A stretch of DNA of 64,000 nt from Octopus bimaculoides (lineage: Eukaryota). The position numbers and the translations under genes were made by a program. Below the pieces are notes generated by a model. It made no database searches, was not told the DNA's origin, and saw only the letters and a list, made by a program, of their open reading frames with translations. Below are positions 25,020 to 37,020 of this stretch, piece by piece. Location: assembly GCF_001194135.2 (NCBI RefSeq), contig NC_068989.1, positions 28,834,121 to 28,898,120 on the forward strand, written 5' to 3'. The stretch's first letter is position 1. Each line of letters opens with the position of its first letter.

Positions 25020-26540
25020 TGCATTTTGTATATGACTGTGCATCTGTCTGTGAATGTATGAGTGTCAGTGTATGAGTGTGCATATGTCTTGCAGTGTGTG
25101 TGTGTGTGTGTCTTTTGCATTATGTACGTTATTAAACACACTATATGCATGTGATGGCTGGTCAGTGTCAATACAAAATTTTATTTTTATTTCGATTTTG
25201 TTTCATTTCAATTAAAACAATTTAACATTTCATTGGGATTAATCTTTCTATCACATTTTGTATATGACTGTGTATCTGTCTATGAGTGTATTGTGTGCAA
25301 GTATGCATATGTCTTTCCACATTAGGTACATTATTAAACACACACACATCTACACATATGTAACAGTATGTTATTAAACACACTCACACATCTACACATA
25401 CATATGTGATGACTGACGACATCAGATTTTGTATATGACTGTGTATGTCATTGAATGTATATGTGTGAGTGTGTATGTCTCACAGTGTGTGTCTTTCTGC
25501 GTGAGGTATGTTATTAATCACACTCTATGTATGTGAGGGCTGGTCTGTCAATACAAAATTTTATTTTTATTTCGATTAAAACAAGATAACATTTCATAGA
25601 GATAATCTTTCTATTGTCAACAGGACATTTTATACCACAACGACATCACATTTTGTATATGACTGTGTATCTGTCTGTGAGTGTATGTGTATGAGTGTGT
25701 ATGTCTTTCTGCGTTAGATACATTATTAAACACACACACACACATACATATGTAACAGTATGTTATTAAACACATACACACATACATATGTGACAACTGA
25801 CGACAGTGTATGTGTATGAGTGTGTATATGTCTCATAGTGTGTCTTTCCGTGTTAGGTGCATTATTAAACACACACACCTATACATACATATGTAACAGT
25901 ATACTATTAAACACACTCACACATCTACACATACATATACATATGTAACGACTGACAACAACGTCACATTTTGTATATGGCTGTGTATCTGTCTGTGAAT
26001 GCATGTGCGAGTGTATGAGCACGTATATGTCTCACAGTGTATGTGTCTTTCCGCGTTAGGTGTTATTAAACACACTATATGTATGTGAGGGCTGGTCAGT
26101 GTCAATACAAAATTTTATTTTCATTTCAATTAAAACAATATAACATTTCATAGATATAATCTTTGTATTGTCAACAGGACATTTTATACCACAACGACGA
26201 TGACATCACATTTTGTATAAGAATGTATATCTGTCTGTGAGTGTATGTAAGTGAATGAATGTGTATATGTCTCATAGTGAGTGTGTCTTTCTGTGTTAGG
26301 TACATTATTAAACACACACATCTACACATACATATGTAATGACTGACATATAGCGACTGTGTCGCTATTTTAGCATATGTATGTGAGTGTAGGTCAGGAA
26401 CATTTTATACCACTATGACGTCACATTTTGTATATGAGTGTATGAGTGTGTATGTGTCTGTGACTGTGTGCGCTTCCGTGTTACGTATTCTATTAAACAC
26501 ACACATATACATATGTGACGACTGACATGCCTGAATGTAT
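25020..26540. repeat. Complex minisatellite with higher-order organisation
   Basis: Recurring blocks ACATCACATTTTGTATATGACTGTG, GTTAGGTACATTATTAAACACAC and CATATGT.A.GACTGAC. A second block GCTGGTCAGTGTCAATACAAAATTTTATTTT occurs at about 25157, 25539 and 26090. Confidence 0.9.
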
Positions 26541-27109
26541 GTATGTGAGTGCTAGAGGTGAAACTCTTGAAAAAAAATGAGGTGACAAAGTCCAAGGTAT
26601 ATATAAAAATACACATTTACTGTTGCGTTACCAGTTAATAATCATCGCAACAGTTGCAAGGTATTTACAATTACATATTTATCCTTACATTAAGAAATTT
26701 ATCCTACATATATATATATATATATATAATTCTGTTGTCTCTCTGTAATGACTATTGTGGCATTTACTGTTAAATTAGCTGTTCCATACATGTGCTTCTA
26801 TTTTGTTAATTTACACCGCATACAAAAACACAGACATACCAGGCAGGAAGCCATTATATCTTATTTTTTCAAGTAATTCATTACTACATATTCTCGTGTG
26901 ACTGCATAGGCTCACTTTCTTATTCTGCAGCCACACCAGCAATCCAATGTCAACCCATAGCCTTCTGCAACATTTCAACAGTTCACTTCTCCGTTGTCGT
27001 TGCCCATTGCAGCCCATTTCCAGAATGTACACATTTATATACAATCTCTCCATTCACGGGTTGTGTTAGATGCAGCACTGACTGCCTCAAAGGTGAGTAT
27101 ATCCACTGA

Positions 27110-28760
27110 CAGCTTTTGATCCTTTCACCCGCATGATTTTCACCAAGAAAAAAAAAAACTCAGATTTATTGCGTGGAATCAAGTACCCTGACCTAATATG
27201 CTGCAAACTCATTTTTGTTTGGAAAAAAAAGTGGGTGGGAAACCGGCCCCTCCCCCATATCCTGGAATCATTGGGAATTTTTTTTTTTCCATTGAATGAA
27301 TTCCGGTGACCTAACATGCTACAAAACCCTTTTTTGGGGTCAAGAAAAGGGGTGGAGGAAGATGGAAGCCTCGGAACTTTCACCCCACCCAATCACCATT
27401 CCCAAATATTTTTTGCTATTTCTTTCTTTACCCATAATTTTAGATAACATTTTGCAGAAATATGTTTTTGAGAGAGTGTGGATTACATTAGATTGAAAAT
27501 TCAAAGAAGAAGTAGGAAATGAATAAGTGAAAATGCAGAGGTTATAGAAGTTAGAGTGGTATCGAAGTCAGTGGAGAGATAACGAATGATAAATAATTAA
27601 TCTAAAAAAAAAGACATGTTAGTTTGTGTATGAAACAAGTAAAAGTATATTAAAACAAAAATATCTTTTTCATACCTTTTAAAATCACTGGATATAATAT
27701 ATATAATAATCCTTTTCAAGTGTGACTGGTACAGGGGCATTGGCATCGATCATGCTCAAATGGTACTTTTTACGTACTGTTGGTACTGGCATTGGCCGCG
27801 CCAGTGCCGGCAGCATGTAAAAAGTACCATTTGAGCATGATTGATGCCAGTGCCATCTGACTGGCCCCTGTGCCAGTCACACTTGAAAAGCACCCACTAC
27901 ACTCTCGGAGTGGTTGGTGTTAGGAAGGGCATCCAGGTGTAGAAACCTTGCCAGAACAGACTGCAGTCTCATTGCAGCCTCCTGGCTTGCCAGTCCTCAG
28001 TCAAACCATTCAACCCATGCGAGCATGGAAAACAGATGTTAAATGATGATGATGATGTATAATGATATATATAATTGATAGATTGTTACCCATTCAATGT
28101 TTAGGTAAACTTCATCACCCACTCACTCTCTCTTTCTTCCACTCATTATATTCGGGATTATTATATATATAATATCCAGTGATTTTAAAAGGTATGAGAA
28201 AGATATTTTTGCTTTAATATACTTTTACTTGTTTCATACACAAACTAACGTGTTTTTTTAGATTAATTATTTATTATTCGTTATCTCTCCACTGACTTCG
28301 GTACCACTCTAACTTCTATAACCTCTGCATTTTCACTTACTCATTTGAAACTTCTTTGAATTTTCAATCTAATGTAATATACACTCTCCTGAAAACGTAT
28401 TTCTGCAAAATGTTATCTAAAATTATGGGTAAAGAAAGAAATAGCAAAAAATATTTGAGAATGGGGGTGAAATTGCCAAGGGCTACAACCCACCCTGTTT
28501 TCTGGACCTAATATGCTACAAAAGGGTTTTGTAGCATATTAGGAGGTCACTGTAATCCATTCAATGAAAACAAAAATTTCCAACGATTCTGGGATATTGG
28601 GGGGATGAGGTGGGGTGGTGGTTTAGCTTCCCCCCTTTTTTTTCCAAACAAAAATAAGGGGTTTGCTGCATAAGGAAGTTAGGTTACTTGATTCCATGCA
28701 AAAATTCTGAATTTCTTTTTTCTTAGTGAAAATCGTGCAGGTGAAAAGATCAATAGTAAT
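27110..28760. repeat. About 1.65-kb imperfect palindrome (fold-back inversion)
   Basis: 27110-27712 matches the reverse complement of 28156-28760, and 27713-27790 matches that of 27800-27890. There is a 9-nt loop at 27791-27799. Segment 27891-28155 is absent from the left arm. Confidence 0.9.
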
Positions 28761-29254
28761 GGGTGTGTGTGTGTGTGTGAAATTTCTGAGGCTTCCACCT
28801 CTCCCTACCCCGTTTTCCGGATCCCAAAAATGGTTTTGTAGCATATTAGGAGGTAACTGGAATTCATTCNNNNNNNNNNNNNNNNNNNNNNNNNNNNNNN
28901 NNNNNNNNNNNNNNNNNNNNNNNNNNNNNNNNNNNNNNNNNNNNNNNNNNNNNNNNNNNNNNNNNNNNNNNNNNNNNNNNNNNNNNNNNNNNNNNNNNNN
29001 NNNNNNNNNNNNNNNNNNNNNNNNNNNNNNNNNNNNNNNNNNNNNNNNNNNNNNNNNNNNNNNNNNNNNNNNNNNNNNNNNNNNNNNNNNNNNNNNNNNN
29101 NNNNNNNNNNNNNNNNNNNNNNNNNNNNNNNNNNNNNNNNNNNNNNNNNNNNNNNNNNNNNNNNNNNNNNNNNNNNNNNNNNNNNNNNNNNNNNNNNNNN
29201 NNNNNNNNNNNNNNNNNNNNNNNNNNNNNNNNNNNNNNNNNNNNNNNNACACAC

Positions 29255-29299
29255 ACACACCACCTTAATCCCGAGTAACGCCGGGTATCTCTGCTATTT

Positions 29300-29300
<1 letters not shown>
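29255..29300 (-). mobile_element. Helitron2-like 5' terminus
   Basis: Reverse complement reads ATAGCAGAGATACCCGGCGTTACTCGGGATTAAGG, the same family as 1-385. The body runs into the N-gap. Confidence 0.5.
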
Positions 29301-29372
<72 letters not shown>

Positions 29373-29399
29373 ATATGTATATATATATATATATAAATA

Positions 29400-32300
29400 A
29401 GAAGACGAAGAATGAATTTAGTACAACTTTAATATTCGTTACAATTCTTTCCATACCATTCCATTGCTAACGACACTGCTTGTGAGTTTGTGTGTATGGG
29501 TATAAAATAAAGCTCAAAGAGATTCAGATAAAATGACAGCAGTAATCAGCACAAACGAAAATCGAAAACAGATCGTAAACTGACCTCATTTGAAATTTTA
29601 ATGTCAAATATTTGAAGAATCAACGTGCGTGAAGGGTGACATTTGTTAGGTGTCATTGTAAACATAGTATCAAATATGGAATACTGATTATATTTCAACT
29701 AAAGAATTATGGAATTAATAGGATAATACTGATAAATGGTAAATATATTTTAATAGACATAAAGAATAGACGTTTGTGTTCAACCGCATTGGTTGTAATG
29801 ACTAAATTTAATATCTGTTGCTAAGAAAATTAATATTTATCAAAACAAAGTTGAAATAACGTGATGAATTAGAACAAAATATAAAAAGATAATAACAAAA
29901 CATCAAGAGAAAATCAATTATTTTTGTTACTGGACATTATGAATTAAGTTTTTAATTAGAGATTTCCAGTTTACCTTAGTGAAATAAGGGTGGCAAGAAT
30001 TACTCTTCGGCTCTGACAGAATTTCTATAACGACCTAAACACTGCTGATATCCTTCCGCGCAATAAAGTATGTTTTACTTTCATCCTGCGCACAAAATCA
30101 AATGTTTATTTGTTGAAAAATTAAAAAGTGGAATAGTGTAATGTTTGTAAAAAACAAAATGGAAAAAAAAAATTGCAAATTTGATTCATAAATTAAATAT
30201 TTTTTCTAAATAACTTCCGAGAATAAAATAAATAGTAAGCGTATATATACGGAAAGCTTAGATGCTATAAAAGCCTCATGGATTGTAAGTTTCATAAAAT
30301 GAAGAAGAATGCAAGAAATCAAAATATACTTTTAAAATAATATATTAAAAATAAATCAACTAAAAAAATAAACATATCAGCATAAAATGTAATGATTTTT
30401 TATCAATCTAATTGAAAAAATTATTTTGTTACGTATTGTGATCCATACATTTAATAAGCTAGGCATTGTCAGTTCCATGTTTTCGTACTACTTTATCATC
30501 TCTTATGCTTGTCTTATAAACGTGTTTTCTACCGGCAGTTGTGGATACATTTTTCTAAATTTTGCATGTAAGTAAATCATTTAATTTTATTTTATCATTT
30601 TAATCAATGTCGATTATTTATTTATGCATTAGTAATTATTCGAATGCTCTCATTTCTTCTGATTAGTTAGCGATAAAACTTGCAAAGTAGCCAGCAATGA
30701 CAACGATCGTGCTTGTATGTATACACACATATAAAAAAAAATATATATACACACATACAGGGAATGTATACGGGTATTTTAGATTAAAGTATTTAGTTTT
30801 TTCCCAGTGTTATTGTAGCATATATATCTGATGTATATGTTAATTGATATGTAAGCAGTCATTATGCCTCACGATGCCATTGCAATATCTCTTAGTTTGT
30901 CTCGTCTGTGAATCACTGGCTCCGGTCGCCATTTTGCTATCACCGTAACTTCCACCAAACATCATTGTTGATGCTGAAATTGTTCATAAGTAAATACTCT
31001 ATGTCTGTCTGTTTGTCTCTCTCTGTAGATATCTATAGATAGATAGCTTTGCTATCCAACTTCCTCTTTCCTCCTCTCTCCTCTTATTTAATGAGAATTT
31101 CAATACCATTAACTTGAATCTACCCTTCGATGTTCATTTTAATTCCTCCCATTTGCAAAACGCTCGAAAGTGTTTCATCGTTATCTTCCTCGTCATTGTT
31201 ATTAAATTCTTGCTTGACTCTTTGTATGTTGTAGCAATTTATTGGGGAGCCAGTTAGTGACCTTCGTTCGTGTCACTCGCTCTTGTTGTGGCCTTTATGT
31301 TAATGAGACACAGCACTGTTTTACACACACACACACTTAATCCGTTCAACATTGAACTCTTCGTTCACTAGGAATCAATTCTTAAGATAACAGTTCAATA
31401 ATACTCCCCCCCCCTTCTTTTTACTTAACACGTAACATTTCCTTTATTTTATTCGACTAATTAAACTTGACTTTGTGGTGGACAGGATACGATCATTGAA
31501 ACAAAAGGTTCCCAAAAATTATTATTTTCACGAAGTGATTAGTTAGGACAATTTTTTGCAGTTTTAACCAGCCCAGCCTGGTTGTAAATGTTTAGATATT
31601 GTTCCTGCCTGGATGTAAATTTTTAGATTATTGTTCCAGCCTGGATGCAGTTCCCTCTCAACGCATCTTTTTCTCTCCCTCTTCCTCTGTTATCAGAGAA
31701 CCGACTTAAATATTTACACTTAACTAATCTGCTTATTCGCCCCTCCCTCCTCCATATAGCTTATTTACTTGTCCTTCTAATTCAGTTTATATATGTATAT
31801 TCATATATGTATTTATTTTTATACTTCACCTGTGATACATATTTATTTGTCTCTGCTGCCTGTGCTTGTGTATGTTGATACTCATGAGGCAATAGTGTGT
31901 ACTGTTTTAATGGATTGGTGTAGCTCAGCTGTGATCACGTAGACCTTTGATTAAAAACATTCTAACCGCAACCATCACGTCTTTTTTTGTAACACTATCT
32001 AGGACTAAATTCAATGAGTCCTTTCATTTTAAAAATAAGGCCAACTTTGAGAGGAGATGTGGCTGCTATATTTAACGAGTTAAGTAGCCATATAGTGGTT
32101 TCATGGTTCGATCGGTGTGTGTGTGTGTGTGTGGCATGCTTTTTTCTTAATATGAAAAATGAGAATAGAGAATAGCTTTTCTGGGACGGCCGCTATTGGA
32201 CGGTCGTCATATACTTGAATGAAAATTCACTCGTCCTGTTTATTTTCTTAACGTACACACGGAGAAACGTGTACACCATGATCAAAGGAGTGCCAGCTAT

Positions 32301-33300
32301 GATCATTCTGTCTTTTTCAGAAACATTTCCAATGTTATTTAAGATGAGAGGGTGTGATGTGAGCATGATTTAGCTGCTATGTCTAGCAGCTCCTTGGATC
32401 GTGTATGATGCTGTTTTTGTAATCGTATATGTATATTTATTATGCGAACACATTTAGAAGGCGAAAGGTAACAAAAAATCGGCTTTTGGTGGTCAATGTT
32501 TGTATTTGTAAATTTAGATAATCCATAGATTATTGTCCATTTACCATACTAATATATTTATTTATAGGGTGATTTTACCTTTATTAAATCGAACAAAATG
32601 CTAAATGGTTTTTAATTATGCAAAATGCTCTATGGTTTTTAGTACAGTTACCGACATAATCGACTACAACTCCTGAAATTGCGGTTGTGTGCGTGCCCAG
32701 GTTGAAACTCATTGACTGGATTCATTATGAATTCCCGTTTTCTAATTTGGCTTCTCCATTATAATTGTGTACATATAAACCCTTCATGAATTGCTTACTT
32801 GTGTTTTTGTATTTGAAATGCATTAAATTGATTTTCTTGATGACGAACATACACGTACAGAGAGAGGATAAGGAAGTTATTTGTTTATAGTTATTATTTT
32901 TCATTGCTTCTACGGCCTAATGCATTTACGATCTATAAACCCGAGTTACAAAATTCAAAATGTCATAAACCCCACTAAGTCTCACTATTACCAGTTTTTG
33001 GACGGATGCACATAAGCTGTCTTAGGACGAATGCACACAGCTTTATAACAGAATATTGAACAATGCATATGAGTTCGCTTTATGTGCGAGAAATACCGAG
33101 GGCAAATTTATCCTAGATGGTCACGGTTGGTACGCTTTTGACCCTTGATGATCATAGCTGATGCACCTTTGAGTATAGAGGTTAAAACCTCTATATTGAG
33201 GTTAAAACAACAAGTATATGAAATCTCCAAGCGGTTTAAATGCACAAGTCTCCTATAGCTACGTGCCTAAAAAGTGTTAGCATAAATGAACCCAGAAATC
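29400..33300. promoter_or_regulatory. Putative promoter region of KDM4, possibly bidirectional
   Basis: Largely unique sequence, visibly richer in CG dinucleotides than its flanks. YY1-type CGCCATTTTG at 30927-30936, ETS core ACTTCC at 30948-30953, ZNF143/SBS-like ACTACAACTCC at 32663-32673. The KDM4 ATG exon opens with a splice acceptor, so an upstream non-coding exon is required. Confidence 0.5.
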
Positions 33301-33537
33301 ATGATCTGGAATCGGTCCGGCCCCATTAGAGTGGAGAAAGTTAAGGACTGAAACATTTGCATCTTGAGTTTCTTAACACTGTATATGTATATAAATACAC
33401 CCTCTTCCTGTTCCTTTATGTGGAAGAGCGTAGGCTCGAAATGTTGAATACTTTTTCACTTCCCTAGCGTTAAACTAATACATCTGTTTGTTGTCTACAC
33501 CACCTGTCTTCGTCTTTTGTTTTTTTGTGAATTCTCC

Positions 33538-33540
<3 letters not shown>
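33000..33540 (+). mobile_element. Penelope-like 3' end remnant
   Basis: Ends GAAGAGCGTAGGCTCGAAA...GCGTTAAACTAATACATCTGTTTGTTGTCTACACCACCTGTCTTCGTC, then (TA)n. Recognised as an octopus-type Penelope tail from memory only. Confidence 0.45.
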
Positions 33541-33576
<36 letters not shown>

Positions 33577-33840
33577 ACTTGGGGATGGTCATATTGCCAG
33601 TTTAGCCAATAAAAACACACGCACTGTATATTTGGTGTTAATTTGCTTCAGCTTTATAACAAAATGAAGCTGTTGAGTCGTCACGGTTTTCCGTAGGCAA
33701 CTGAATACAATGTCTTTCAGTATCTTGCTAGCCTGGCTAGGGCTCACATTGTTCCGTTTATAAATTTGTTTTGCAAGATTTTTGATGTGAAATCGTGTGT
33801 TGAAACAGATGTTGTTGTACTTGGGATATATATATATAAA

Positions 33841-34191
33841 CTCAAAGAACTTCCAACTTTGTCTGATTTTCACATCTTATAATAATATAAGTTAATATAA
33901 TGAAATGGTAGAATATTAAATGTTCATTGTGATTGAACTAGTACTTTCATGCATTAAACTATGCAATCTTCAGGTTCTTGTAGTAGTGGTGACAGTTATG
34001 TTTTATAATTTACAACTGTAAATTGTAAAACATAACTGTCACCACTACTACAAGAACCTGAAGATTGCATAGTTTAATGCATGAAAGTACTAGTTCAATC
34101 ACAATGGACATTTGATATTCTTTATATTATCTTATATTGTATTATAAGATTGTAAATAAAATGTGAAAATCAAAGTTGGAATTTCTTTGAG
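33841..34191. repeat. About 350-bp palindrome with a 104-bp near-perfect core stem and 4-nt loop
   Basis: 33910-34013 pairs with 34018-34121 with 3 mismatches; loop AACT at 34014-34017. Outer arms extend imperfectly to 33841 and 34191. Confidence 0.95.
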
Positions 34192-34310
34192 TAATATATT
34201 CTTCTGTACATAATCATACACATCTGTGTATATATAAGTGTGTGTGTGTGTGTATATGCATGTATACGTATGTATAAGCATGTACATGTATGTATGTATG
34301 TGTGTGTGTG

Positions 34311-34348
<38 letters not shown>

Positions 34349-35083
34349 TCAGTAATTAAGGGTACTAACAAGTAGTACTGGCATGCTAAATATAGCAGTC
34401 AAAATGACCAAACCACAAATTTTCACTTAAATACAATGGTGAAAGCAAGCAACTGAATAAAAATCCTAAAACCCTGTACCAATGACGAAAATAATTGATA
34501 ATTTGAAAAAGCCAGACATACCTGTATGTATATAAGTAACAAAGATGTACAGGTGTCAATTCATTACGGCCGTTTCAAGTGGTTCCATTTAATTGATAAA
34601 GGAAAACATTACATCAGTTTGCTGCAGTTATAACAAAAGGAAACAATAGAAATATTTTGGTTTCCATTGTTGATGTAAATTTGTTAAAAAATGCTTTATT
34701 CTTTGTTTGAAGTCTATGCGTTCATCTGACGAGAATGGTTTCTTTCAAATTGATGTAACCCTAACCCATAAAGCATTGGGATTTGGACTTACATAGCATG
34801 GACTGCTGAGCATATTTTATGAAAACGAGACTACTATGCATACATAAAAAACAAAAAATAGTTAAAATATCGTATTAGTATATAATGGTGGCAAGTTTTA
34901 CAACATCTGAAAAGTCATTAGTTGAACTATTAGTCCTTTTGCATTCTGGTGGGTATCGGACCGTTTGAGTGACATTAGACCCCAACAAACGCCCATAAAT
35001 TAAATGCATCTGTCTGGGGCCACAATCGTGGTCTGTTGACCTGTGCCTGATGGCCATGATTATGGCCCATCGCACTTTCTGTG

Positions 35084-35422
35084 TTAATTAAATGGAGCTG
35101 CTTGAAGTGGCTGTAATGTGTGAATATAGGTTTTATATATAAATATATGTGTATATATATGTGTGTGTGTGTGTGTGTACGTATATGTATATATATGTGT
35201 ATGCATATGTATATATATATATATTATGTATGTATATGTACTTGTATGTATGTATATGTATATATACACGTACATGTATGTATATATATGTATGTATATG
35301 TACATGTATGCATATATATATATATATATGTATGTGTATATATATGTACGTGTATGTGTATATATATGTACGTGTATGTGTATATATGTACGTGTATGTA
35401 TATATATGCACGTGTATGTATG

Positions 35423-35455
<33 letters not shown>

Positions 35456-35510
35456 ATGTATATGTACGTGTATGTATATGTGTATGTATATATATGTGTG
35501 TATGTATATA
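35084..35510. repeat. Degenerate (TA)/(TG) microsatellite
   Basis: Direct inspection; it produces the spurious YI/CV-rich ORFs in the track. Confidence 0.95.
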
Positions 35511-35511
35511 C

Positions 35512-35710
35512 TCTTTTACTTGTTTGTCATTTGACTGCGGCCATGCTGGAGCACCACCTTTAGTCAAACAAGTCGACTCCAGGACTTATTCTTTGGAAGC
35601 CTAGTACTTATTCTATCGGTCTCTTTTGCCGAACCGCTAAGTTACAGGGACTTAAATATACCACCATCGGTTGTCAAGCGATGCTGGGGGACAAACACAG
35701 ACTCCCAAAC
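35512..35710 (-). mobile_element. SINE 3' half
   Basis: TTTACTTGTTT.TCATTTGACTGCGGCCATGCTGGAGCACC...GGGGACAAACACAGAC, the same family as 24590-24970. Confidence 0.8.
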
Positions 35711-35714
35711 ATAT

Positions 35715-35758
<44 letters not shown>

Positions 35759-35861
35759 GTGTATACATATATGTATACATTTATATGTATGTATATAATT
35801 ATGTGTATGTATGTATATATTTATATGTATGCAAATACATTTATATATATATGCATATATT

Positions 35862-35896
<35 letters not shown>

Positions 35897-36029
35897 TGTC
35901 CAATTTTGAACTGAAAGTTTATTTTACTTTGTCTCAGCAAAAAGCAATGCTGTTAATCAAAAGTATGCACCTAAATTATCAACACAATTCTGCCATTTTA
36001 TTGGTAGCTTATGCTGGCAGCGAAGAATT

Positions 36030-37020
36030 CTAGAGAGCAAGAGGTGATAAAATCATGAAAGGCTGTTTTTGCATCTTCAGATTTGAATTTTTTTCCTTGC
36101 AAAAAGTTGTCTAATGCCTGGATGACAGAGTACTTCCAAGTTCAGTTCCTGTAACTTGAGTAGCTCTCTTTGTGCAACATGTGGTTGAACATTGTCTTGC
36201 AAGAGAATTGGCCTGTCTCTATTGACCAATCTGGGTTGTTTAATTGCAAGTTCACTCATCATTTGATCCAGTTGGTTGATGTATACATCTGCTGTAATTG
36301 ATTTACCAGGTCTCATGCAGCTGTAGTGGATGACGCCAGTGCTGGATCACCAAACAGACATCATTAACTTTTTTCGGGCAATATTATTTTTTGGATTGTG
36401 TTTTGGCACTTCGTCTCTATCTAACTACCATGCAGAATGCTTGCCATTGTTGAAAAGAATCCATTTTTCGTCACATGTAGCAATATGATGCAAAAATGTT
36501 TTGCTTTCATGCCGTGACAGCAAAGAACAGCAGGTTTCAAGACGACATGTCATTTGACGCTCATTCGGTTCGTGTGGTACCCACTTGTCCAGCTTCTTTA
36601 CCTTGACGATTTGTTTCAGATGGACCAGTACAGCTGGAATTGAAACATCAAACCTTGCTGCTAAGTCACGTGTAGTTTGAAATGTATCCACTTCTGCTAG
36701 TTTCCAGCTCATCATTATACACCTTGGTCTCAGGTCTACCATGGGTCTAATTTTCAAGAGTAAATTCACTGGACTGGAACTGCTCAAACCATCGACATAC
36801 AGTGTGCTCATTCGCCACATCTTCAGAAAACACTGCATTGATGTTTCAAGCTATCTGGGATGCATTGGTTCCACAAGAAAACTCTTATTCATAAACAACA
36901 CAAATTTTTGGTCGATATGTTGGTTCACAAAAATTGATTTACAAGAGCAAACTCATAATATAATCAGACATCATCAAATTCGTTTTGAAAAGTGAATGTA
37001 ACTCTTCAATGTTGTTAAAC
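36030..37020 (-). mobile_element. mariner (DD34D-type) transposase relic
   Basis: Reads KKLDKWVPHE...FLHHIATCDEKWILFNN and NRDRPILLQDNVQPH. Confidence 0.85.

Noticed and set aside
25020-26540. CRISPR-like repeat-spacer appearance; also the RTE subrepeats
   Set aside because: Eukaryotic context, degenerate variable-length units, non-unique spacers and no cas genes.
33415-33450. GGAAGAGCGTAGGCTCGAAAT as a hammerhead
   Set aside because: A stem II and GAAA are present, but there is no CUGANGA core and no matching stem III/NUH site in this copy.
34720-34760. CTGACGA-GAATGGTTTCTTTC-AAAT as a hammerhead
   Set aside because: GAAA is absent and stem I cannot be formed convincingly; at most a decayed remnant.
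35084-35914. Many YI/HT/CV-repeat ORFs; likewise at 2752-3072, 28864-29454 and 37617-38030
   Set aside because: Translations of (TA)n/(CA)n microsatellites.
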